64,000 bases of DNA, taken from NCBI RefSeq assembly GCF_964355755.1, contig NC_092676.1:191788-255787 (forward strand). The letters run 5' to 3'. A program made the translations under genes and the position numbers. Below the pieces are notes generated by a model. It searched no databases and was not told the origin of the DNA. It was given only the letters and a program-made list of their open reading frames with translations. Below, one piece after another: positions 1 to 11,100 of the stretch. The DNA is from Antedon mediterranea (taxonomy: Eukaryota > Animalia > Echinodermata). Positions within the stretch are counted from its first letter, which is position 1. Every line of letters starts with the position of its first letter.

Positions 1-139
1 GTTCGTCTAAAGCTTGGAGTCTCTCGTGATGATCTGTAGTGTTTAAATGACCAAAAAAATGGCGTACTTCCTCTATTAATTCAACATCATGCAAACTGCT
101 ACTGCTGCTGTCTGTCACTGCTTCTGATATTTCTGCCAT
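1..139 (-). CDS. First coding exon of an unidentified gene running off the left edge (MAEISEAVTDSSSSSLHDVELIEEVRHFFGHLNTTDHHERLQALDE...)
   Basis: Acceptor ttgcag| opens an exon at 164, ATG at 139, and the frame stays open to the window edge. A plausible upstream donor (GTAAGT, 1864-1859) and a CpG-richer segment at about 2000-2130 suggest a non-coding first exon. Identity not established; sestrin-like is a weak guess. Confidence 0.5.
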   Translation of the reverse strand, partial: MAEISEAVTDSSSSSLHDVELIEEVRHFFGHLNTTDHHERLQALDE

Positions 140-1431
140 CTAAGGAACTGTCCATTTATACAACCTGCAAGAAAAATGATAGTACCATAAATATTCATTG
201 TCTTAAAAAAGATTATTATTATTATTATTAATATGAGTGATGCAAAGGAACAAGAACAGGTGTAGATATCTAATGTGTAAACTATCATACCAGATAAATT
301 ATATTAAAGTAGTTTCTCATTAAGAAATACTGTACGTTATAAATTGTTACTTCCCTGTAGGATTGTACTACTGTAGTACTAGTACTATTAACATTTGACC
401 ACCTGGATTAAGTTCTTTCATATTCCTAATTACATTGGGTTATTTCTTAATAATGCATTTTCGATGATACCCTCAAACTGTGACTGTCATTTGACTACTG
501 TATAAGTAAATATTGTAGAAAGATCTGATTTGATTCAAATTAGATTTGTTTTGACAATATGTATGTCCAAGGACCAGGTATTGTAGTAGCTTTATTTCAA
601 TAACAAAATATGATTTAACAATTGAAAACTTAATGTTCTTGATAAAGCATAACATTTTTATTTGTAATTGAAGCATGAAAATTAATTTATAATTAGGATA
701 ATTTTAAAGTGGACAATTTAATGGGGGTTAACAATGAAATTTCTGTTTTATTATTATTATTATTTTCTTACTAAAAATATTCATTATTATATGGTATGTT
801 CATTCTATTTTGTTTGTAAATATCTGATTACAAATCCATTCTATCATCTTGATTGTGCAATGTCAATAATGCATCACTTTACATTGATTCTTCTTGTTAC
901 AGGATGCACAGAAATTAAAATACATTGCAGCTTACATGATAAGACAGATGAAACTATAAATCATTTTCTTATGTTACTTGACTGTAGTATTTTTTTTACT
1001 ATCTGTATGCTAGCATAGACTAGAGATACTGAGGAATAATATCTGATCTTTTTAATTTAGAATACTTCACAGTATATGTTCCACCCAGTTTGATAAAAAA
1101 AATCAGGATTATATAATTCGTCAGTTATTATATAATAAATTGCAAAGTGAAGTTTTACTTTTAAAACTGTAATTTTTAATTGCACGAGTTGTGCTAGGCC
1201 AATATAAAGATAATAATTTAAATAAACACATGTGTTACTATGAATATGATTACGTATTAAAGACTGAATGATTTACTTTTCTCTACTTAAGCGCTGAGTG
1301 CAAGATATTTGTTTTGGTATTAATAAGACCTCATCAAAGTATTTAGATTATTATTGATTCTTGATATAATATTGATATAAAGTTTGCGGTACACCACGTG
1401 TGTTAGTTCTAAAAACAACTGTTGAGTGAGT

Positions 1432-1479
1432 TTCTCGACGTTTCGATCAATGTACTTTGATCGTCCTCAGGAGTGAGAA
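1432..1479 (-). ncRNA. Minimal type I hammerhead ribozyme motif (Penelope-like element type)
   Basis: Minus strand reads ctc-CTGAGGA-c-GATCAA-agtaca-TTGATC-GAAA-C-GTC-gag. Both catalytic core boxes are present, with a perfect 6-bp stem II, a palindromic ACGT minimal stem III and a short stem I. Confidence 0.65.
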
Positions 1480-1629
1480 TGATTGATTCTTTGAATTTAT
1501 TTTGTTTCAAAGAATCTTTTTGCCCCTAATTTGACACTTCGTCATCCATCATCTGCATCACTGTCACTGACACCGCTGTCGATAGCTACTGTAAGACTTG
1601 TTTGTAGTAGTGGTTTAGGATAGGTAGAT

Positions 1630-1653
1630 CATGGAGGTATTTATACCTCCATG
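1630..1653. mobile_element. 24-bp palindromic micro-element or transposon footprint with 7-bp TSD
   Basis: ggtagat-[catggaggtat tt atacctccatg]-ggtagat. Confidence 0.7.
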
Positions 1654-1989
1654 GGTAGATAATAAGTTAGGCCTAACAACGAAATCGAATTCGCTAGGGC
1701 TAGCCTCCTAACTAAGGCCTAGCTTGACTTGCCTACCTCCTTATCTAGTAGATGGCCTAGGCCTAGGATGGACTCTAGGTAGGCCTAGAAAATAGAATAG
1801 ACAGGAGGCCCAGCGTGTCCATCATTTGAACATTATTTCAATAAATTTATAAAACCATACTTACATGTAACGTTTGCAGATGCTTCTTGTATGTTTTCGA
1901 CGTTTATTAATCAATGCATGCATAAGCAAAATAGTAATTCTAATTTAGGTTATTATCACTGACACTAGCCTCTGGTATGTGTATGCTTG

Positions 1990-2130
1990 ATCTTGATCTC
2001 TCGATCGTTTGGCGTGTGGTGGGAGAGAGGAGGCGAGGCCTGGGCCGCCGCTCGATCATAGAGAGCTAGCTGATCGGATCGCGCGAGAGATCGAGATATC
2101 TTTCTCTCGAGGAGAAAGCGTGTAAAGGTT
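1990..2130 (-). promoter_or_regulatory. Putative promoter / first-exon region of the left-edge gene
   Basis: Local CpG/GC-rich island with clustered tctcga/tcgaga/cgcgaga motifs, upstream of the donor at 1864. Confidence 0.35.
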
Positions 2131-2428
2131 AAAGGTTACAAACACACCCCCAAAATTGACAAATCATGGAATAGAATTGCATCATGGAAAATTCTGGTTA
2201 ATGTGCATTCATGTGTGAAGTATCGGCAAAAAACGTTTCGTATGGATGCCATTTAACAATCATATCTATATCAATTCAAGCCGATAAAACCAGGGATGTA
2301 TAAAATACCTCCCTGATCAAATATTCATACAGAAATCCAAAATTTCCAAATAAGTATTATTACCAAAACAACAACTATTTTTGGGAGCGTGTCCTATAAT
2401 AACAGTCCTAAATAGGCCTATAGTATTA

Positions 2429-2514
2429 CATAGAGCATATTATATAGAGATATTTATACTAGTGAACGTTCACTATAATTCTCTATGCATAGAGATATTA
2501 ATAATATCTCTATG
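2429..2514. mobile_element. Nested palindromic micro-elements with 7-bp TSDs
   Basis: Outer element catagagatattaataatatctctatg is flanked by agtatta/agtatta. An inner cat...ctctatg element (2436-2487) is flanked by catagag/catagag. Confidence 0.6.
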
Positions 2515-3247
2515 AGTATTAATACTTACTAATTAATTTTTTCATAAAATCAAATTATCAAAATTTTTCATTAAAACACATGATCTCTTTGATCCTTGTA
2601 TACATTTTCAAATATGTAATAATTTAGGTACAGCTTAAAATGGCCAGCTTCTGTAACATAAATAATATGCAATGGTATCTATTTTTTTATTTGTTTTTTT
2701 TTTAAAGGTAATTTTGAACCTTGCCGCAAAATAACGCATGGAAACAATTGTTAACAAAATTAATAAATTTTTACGACGAATAACGTTTGCATCAATTTAT
2801 TGCAACAACCAATCACATATACCTTATAGTAGTATGTTACATAAATTATTATACCTCGTAACGCCTGGTCAGTTGGCATCTTTGCTAATTGTATTGGTTT
2901 AATTTGGAATGCATTAGATATCTTGACAATTATCCAGTCAGAATTTTATCAAATTAGTTCAGGGTTGCTGATTAACAGACTTGCAACAACACCAACACTG
3001 GCTAATCTTAGCATGAACTTAATATAAAATGGTCTCATTATTTCAGGTTGCTGATTAACAGACCTGCAGCAATACCAACATCTTAGCATGAACTTAATAT
3101 AAAATGGTCTAATTACTCAGTACTGCGTGTGTTAAAATATGAAGATCTTTTCAATATTTAACAAGATTTGATATTGAATGTTTATATAGTAGTTGTTGCT
3201 ATAATTGATTAACTGTGTGGGTGACACTTTGAAGCATTGCTATATTC

Positions 3248-3357
3248 AAACTATAAGCATCAACTATAAGCATCAACTATAAGCATCAACTATAAGCATC
3301 AACTATAAGCATCAACTATTATAAGCATCAACTATAAGCATCAACTATAAGCATCAA
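3248..3357. repeat. 13-bp minisatellite (aactataagcatc), about 8 copies
   Basis: Direct reading; two further units near 3573-3600. Confidence 0.9.
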
Positions 3358-5149
3358 AGCATATCTATCTTTGAGTTCATATGCCAACATGTTTAGCTAG
3401 TATTGTCTCGTCCTGTGCTTCAATTATGTTTGTATCATTTATTAATTATTTTGTTAAGGTGGCCAAATACTGTACAAGCTTTGCTCTTTTTTGGTCATCC
3501 TTCCATTTTTGCATTTATTCATTACACTTGTTTATATTGGAAAATAAAACTGAAATTGAAAAAAAAAAATTAAACTATAAGCATCAACTATAAGCATCAA
3601 CCATAAATCATAATGGAACTACATTTTATTATGATATAATAGAGATTTGCAGCGCCCAGAAATATGGAGCCATAAATTATAGTGTGATATTGCTTAGAGA
3701 ATGCAACCTTATAATCAAAAGGATTCACTTCACTTGAGTACCTAGAGAATGCAACCTTATAATCAAAAGGATTCACTTCACTTGAGTACCACAGAGCCCT
3801 AATAAATATTTAGAACTAAGGGACCTTCTCTCATCCCTTTTCATAATAGGCCACTGAGTCAAAGGTGATTCTCAATATAAAATCCTAGAGGGTATTAAAA
3901 ACACAAGAAACAGATACACTAGTCCTATGTGTCTATATAAATTTATCTACTTGAATTAAATACAAATAAAAAAAAACATCAAAATTTAATATAATTTGAT
4001 ATATTTTGTGATTTAAATTAAATTGATGTAGTGCCCACATCTAAACAGCAAAGCACAAACATGTCTACCTTACACTTACAAAACCTGTGTATAGAACACA
4101 ATACAGTACATTTCTTTCATTAAACGCTGATTAATTAATTATACCTCCACCCAAGTTTTACTAATTAAAACAAACAACAAATAATAACTAAAAATGTATG
4201 TTCTCATTCTCCGACTAAAAAAAAGTAAATATCTATAAAGGAGAGAATCATATCATTATTTCCTTAATATTTGGTCTTATGTATGCATGCCTATCCAGCA
4301 GAAATATTGTATTGCAAAAAAACAACAGCATTTTAAGCTTTAAATAAACTGCTCTTAACATTTTGATTTCAACTGCTACGACAGAACATTAACAATATAT
4401 TATTCTAATGAATATTAATATTAGAAAGTTAAAATTAATATAAATTTTATGAAATAAAATATTTGATTGCAAAAATTACTTGGAATGATGTGATGCAAAA
4501 TCAAAAGACATTAACTACTTATTACTATCTATTTGAAAATATATCTAAGCTGAAAGACTTAAGTTAACTGGTAAGAAAGGAATGTTATTTCATGATTGTC
4601 AAATTATTCAACCAATTCAAGTACCAAGTATTGCAAAGCTTAACATTATTTCATTCTTGGAATGTAACTAACTTATTTATTCTACATTTTTAGAAACATA
4701 CAGATTATAATTTGCATAATTATTCTAATTTTGCCACACAAATGCGTAGCTAACAAAGTTCATAAATTGAACCCTGTTGTATTGTATCGTAAAATGCGTA
4801 GCTAACAAAGTTCATTGAACCCTGTTGTATTGTATCATAAAATCTAATATTTATTTAGTTTCCATATAATTACAAACATTCTCACTATTAAGCTACATGT
4901 CAGAAAACAACATAGTTAAGCTACTTGTCAGAACACCACATAGTTATATATTTTATATAGATTATATCAGTACAAATTCAAACAAATGAAATACAGTACA
5001 TATATGTAAAATACTGGGCAATCATTACATCATATTGATGATAAACTAATTAAGTTCTGAAAAAACAGCGAACCAAGACAAAAAGAGACTCGTATTCAAA
5101 CCCAGTATGAAACAATATCTTTTAGTGAAATCTTTGACTAAGTATATAC

Positions 5150-8100
5150 TTATTTTCCTTGGAGTTTATTAGTAGCGTATGTTTGCCTAGCTTGTTTATT
5201 GTTGATTGCTATTAATAGATAGTTAGTGCCCCCATGTTTATCCCATTCATATTCAAATTCTTTTTCTAAAATCTCAGCATTTTTCTTGTTAGTCAGACCA
5301 GTTTCCAATAAGCTCAGCTCACACATCTGTAGGTCGTCTTTCCCTATAAAGTAAATGGGAGACAATTAGATACATACAGTGCAATGCTGCGCAACTAGAG
5401 GGTCAAATCCAGCACAATCACAGTTAACCCTAACCCTAACCCTAACACATCTGTAGGTCGTCTTTCCCTATAAAGTAAATGGGAGACAATTAGATACATA
5501 CAGTACAATGCTGGGCAACTAGAGGGTCAAATCCAGCACAATCACAGTTCAAAAAGTGAGCCACCATTTAGAGAGGCATAATTGAATATGGCTGTATCAC
5601 ATCGGCCAATCAGATAACTCATTAAGCAGTCTTACTACAATACGCCTCAGCATGTTGAGCGTATATTAACATATTCTCGTTGAGGTCAGCAATGTATAAT
5701 CATTTTTTGATTCAAGGAATAAATGTTGCCGGAAAATGGAAACTGTGTAAGTACAATTTTATATGACAAAAGTTTGATTGATTTGTTTTGCTTGTATTCC
5801 AAGCCTTACCTGCAACAAGCAATACAGGAACTTTGTCAGGATGTAATTCCATTTGTCTTGCAATAAATTCTCCATCAAAATGAGCATACCACATCCCTTT
5901 CTTTCGGAGGGTGGGATCACCGCTCTTGTCACTGGGTCTCATAAATGGAACCCGGAAGTAGCGCTGCGCCATTTTGTCTCCTGGTTTTTTCTTTTGTGGT
6001 AACGGCGGTGGTGGAGAAGCTATTAAGACATACAGATAAAACATTATCTATGATATGCATGGTATTGGTGACATACAATAATTAATACGCAGTCATTAAG
6101 AAGGAGCCAAAAAACTGAGTGCATGATGTAGATTGAATGCATTTATTTATAGGTCTATACATCATCCAATTTAATGAATATATCAACCGCTTTGATAAAA
6201 ATCTATTCTGTATTATAGCCCTGGTAATTTAGTTACTCTCTTAACATTATAAAATACTTATCTTGGTAGACACAAGACTGATCTTAATTAATTGAAGGAA
6301 AAGCTGCTTTAATGAAATTAAAACTCTAATTACCATTTTGGATTGCTTCGGGAGCACGTGCTGTAGTTGGCTCCGGTTCAGCAGTGTTTTTCTTGTTCTT
6401 TGACTTCCATTTCTGGTACACTTTCAAACGACGATGAAATTCCTCTCGACATGCGCTCAACAAATCTACATCTTTTTTTATAACAAAAAAATACATTATT
6501 TATTATACACATTAATTTGCGCAAGAGCCACAGGGAAAAATCAATAAATTACACACTCATCAGAGGGAATTGAAAACATGGAAATTAAAGAGAATAGTTG
6601 TCAAAGCACATTATAAAGCACATTATAAAGCACATTATAAAGCACATTATAAAGCACATTATAAAGCACATTATAAAGCATGGGATAATAGAGTAAAGAA
6701 TGTAATTCAATAGATTGATAACTAACATAGAAGAATTCAATTACTAATAGATTGATAACTAACATAGAAGAATTCAATTACTAATAGATTGATAACTAAC
6801 ATAGAAGAATTCAATTACTAATAGATTGATAACTAACATAGAAGAATTCAATTACTAATAGATTGATAACTAACATAGAAGAATTCAATTACTAATAGAT
6901 TGATAACTAACATAGAAGAATTCAATTACTAATAGATTGATAACTAACATAGAGGAATTCAATTACTAATAGATTGATAACTAACATAGAAGAATTCAAT
7001 TACTAATAGATTGATAACTAACATAGAAGAATTCAATTACTAATAGATTGATAACTAACAGAAGAATTCAATTACTAATAGATTGATAACTAACATAGAA
7101 GAATTCAATTACTAACAGATTGATAACTAACATAGAAGAATTCAATTACTAATAGATTGATAACTAACATAGAAGAATTCAATTACTAATAGATTGATAA
7201 CTAACATAGAGGAATTCAATTACTAATAGATTGATAACTAACATAGAAGAATTCAATTACTAATAGATTGATAACTAACATAGAAGAATTCAATTACTAA
7301 TAGATTGATAACTAACATAGAAGAATTCAATTACTAACAGATTGATAACTAACATAGAAGAATTCAATTACTAATAGATTGATAACTAACATAGAAGAAT
7401 TCAATTACTAATAGATTGATAACTAACATAGAAGAATTCAACTACTAATAGATTGATAACTAACATAGAAGAATTCAATTACTAATAGATTGATAACTAA
7501 CATAGAAGAATTCAATTACTAATAGATTGATAACTAACATAGAAGAATTCAATTACTAATAGATTGATAACTAACATAGAAGAATTCAATTACTAATAGA
7601 TTGATAACTAACATAGAAGAATTCAATTACTAATAGATTGATAACTAACATAGAAGAATTCAACTACTAATAGATTGATAACTAACATAGAAGAATTCAA
7701 TTACTAATAGATTGATAACTAACATAGAAGAATTCAACTACTAATAGATTGATAACTAACATAGAAGAATTCAATTACTAATAGATTGATAACTAACATA
7801 GAAGAATTCAATTACTAATAGATTGATAACTAACATAGAAGAATTCAATTACTAATAGATTGATAATTAACATAGAAGAATTCAACTACTAATAGATTGA
7901 TAACTAACATAGAAGAATTCAATTACTAATAGATTGATAACTAACATAGAAGAATTCAATTACTAATAGATTGATAACTAACATAGAAGAATTCAATTAC
8001 TAATAGATTGATAACTAACATAGAAGAATTCAATTACTAATAGATTGATAACTAACATAGAAGAATTCAACTACAAATAGATTGATAACTAACATAGAAG

Positions 8101-11100
8101 AATTCAACTACTAACAGATTGATAACTAACATAGTAGAATTCAATTACTAATAGATTGATAACTAACATAGAAGAATTCAACTACTAATAGATTGATAAC
8201 TAACATAGAAGAATTCAATTAATAATAGATTGATAACTAACATAGAAGAATTCAATTACTAATAGATTGATAACTAACATAGAGGAATTCAATTACTAAT
8301 AGATTGATAACTAACATAGAAGAATTCAATTACTAATAGAACTGATAACTAACATAGAAGAATTCAATTACTAATAGATTGATAACTAACATAGAGGAAT
8401 TCAATTACTAATAGATTGATAACTAACATAGAAGAATTCAATTACTAATAGATTGATAACTAACATAGAAGAATTCAATTACTAATAGAAACATTTGAAT
8501 CAATCAGTAATTCATCATCATTTTAAAGATTGTACTTCATTGAAACAATCCACAAATTTTGAAAATAAAATAATGTCCTTAAACGAAGAACAAAAATTAA
8601 AAAATAATTTGTTGTAGGTGCTTACCATTACATGTGTTGATAGTATCCCGCAACTCTGCATACTTCCATTTAGAGAGATCATATGTTTTGTCTGACCGTT
8701 GCACAAGAGGAGTACGAGCAGGGATTGCAGTCGCAACCTCTTCTCTGAATCAAAATAAATCGGAAAGTTAATCTTAGTTTTTGCATTATCATTACAGTTC
8801 CATTTTTGTTTGCGATTCCTTACCCAATAGGCTGGATGTTTCAATTTACACAGACATTTCAAGATAAATAAAAAGTTAATAATTTACTTACCTGACTTGA
8901 GCAACTTCTTCAGTAACTGTAACCTGGGAATTACTCTCTTGTGAAAGTCGCTGCGCCATTTCGAAATCAAGACGCTCTTGTTCTTGTCTGTAAAAAGTTT
9001 TAAAAGATATTAATTGCTGTTCTGCCTCATTGAATATATTTAAATAAATATAAACATTCATCGTTTTTGTATTATCCCAGAAAATTCTTCATCATTACAT
9101 TGAGTTACCTGTATATGTAATTAGGATAACAATACCCTGGTAAGGATCAAAAAGAAAAAAACTAACTTTTTACGAAGATCTTCCAGCAACTTCTTCTCTT
9201 CGAATATTTTCTTTTTTTCTTCTTCCAGCTTTTTTCTTTCCTCTCTGAGTGCTTTCAAATTCATTGCCTCTTCTTCTTTCCTTCTCTTTTCTATTTCTTC
9301 TTTTCTAAAAGTACATTTATTTAAAGTCAAGATCTATGAAATAACTATCCAAAGGTCCAAAAACCAAACAACAAAAAACAAAAATATGAATAATATGGAC
9401 ATAAAAAATGTGATAAACTTACTTCTTTTTAGCTTCTGCTTCTTCCTTCTTCTTCTTTTCTCTCTCTTCTTCTTCTGCTTTTCGTTTCCTTTCTTCTTCT
9501 TCCCTTTTCTTCTTTTCTCTTTCCATTTCTTCTTGTAGTTTTTTAAGACGAATCTGTTCCGCTTCTTTTGCTTTTTTCTTTGACATTAACTCCTTAAGTT
9601 GCTTGGTCACTTTGTTTGCCATATCTATATACAACTTGTCCATCTGTTGTCTTTTCATAACAGTAGTCTATAATATAATATTAAACATAGTTTGTAGTAA
9701 ATAACAAAATAATGTTCTAGTTTTACCACACTAAACAACCCCAGACAAGCAGAATGGACAACTGAATCATTCATAGTGAAAAACACCTAATGTTTTCAAC
9801 CACTTCAAACTAAACTTTTTAGCAAAACTCAATTACCCTACCTTGATTCCTCTGATCAAATCATCAAGTGAGGTACGAATGCTTTTAACCTGTTTTGAGA
9901 CTTTATCATCTTTCATTTGCTTAGCTAAAAAAAAGCAATATCATATTAGTCATAATTGAAAAATCAACCTACTGGGAGCATTTTTGGTCCAAAAAAAATG
10001 TCTTAAATATTTTTAATTTCACTTACCAACATCTTCCATTTTAACAATTTCCGAGTATAGTGTTTGTACTTGACGTAAAGCCCTATAGCGTGGTCTATGA
10101 CGTCGAACTGCCAAGAACATTCGTATAGTACTCTGCATCTTTAGCAGAGCTCTTCGCCGATACAAAATCTTGTTTTTTACTGTTGACAAATGGAATTAGT
10201 GATGTGAATCAGGCCAAAGAACATTTGCAAAAGAAATAATTTAAGAAATGATTCTTGTAAATAAACTTACATTTTAAGACCATTAAAGTTCCCCACTGAG
10301 CTTTCTTCCAACGTGCACAGATCAACCATCGATGTACCTTCTTGATTAACACACGCAGGTTTTCAGGATCAGATTTCATCATCTGGTCAAATTCATAGAA
10401 TTTACCAGAACGGAAAAATACTTTAGTGACACCAAAGCGATAGTCTTGGTCACTAAGGCCCAATGCATGGAACAAAGCCTAAAAAAGATTAAAATTTGTT
10501 AATCATATGTCCAGTGCATATATAAATCTGTTGGAAGGCAGGATAAAACAATGTTGTATTGGCAGATGGATAAATGAATCTATAGCCTTACCTTACAAAA
10601 CAATCTTGGATCAAGTCTCAGCAAATTCTGAGGCATGTAACGTTTGTACATTTCATAAAGATCATGAAATGAAGCTCTTGATGGGAAACCACCTTGCATC
10701 AGATTCAACACAGAAACCATCCCTAAACAAAATTAAACAAATAAAAAAAGCAATAGTTATACTTATTGAATCTAGTCTTGTCTTGCTGAAAACAAGTCAA
10801 AACGTTGCACACGTACGTATTCATAAATGGTTTAACCGAAAAAATTATATAACAATAGTTCATTCTTATATAGCACTCTACAAGCAAGCTTCTCTAAGAA
10901 AAAATGAACTATTATATACAGATATGTATATGATTTTGGTATTGAGGATATATAAATTGAAGAAGACAATACAAAATGCTACTGACCAGCACATTGAAGT
11001 TGACTAAGGATCTGAGTGCCTTCAAAGAGGTTGTCAACCAGCTTGTTATTTGGCTTGATACATCTCACAAATGATGATCCAGTACCTCTCAGTTTCTCCA

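Noticed and set aside
6709-8488. 37-bp repeats as a CRISPR array
   Set aside because: Units are contiguous with no unique spacers, there are no cas genes, and the context is a eukaryotic intron.
8824-8831. Possible 8-nt micro-exon (cag|cctattgg|gtaagg) at the position of the vertebrate MYO6 large insert
   Set aside because: It shifts the frame, has a weak pyrimidine tract, and the flanking exons already join in frame.
10507-11007. 166-aa plus-strand ORF
   Set aside because: Antisense to MYO6 exons and introns, with no recognisable motif.
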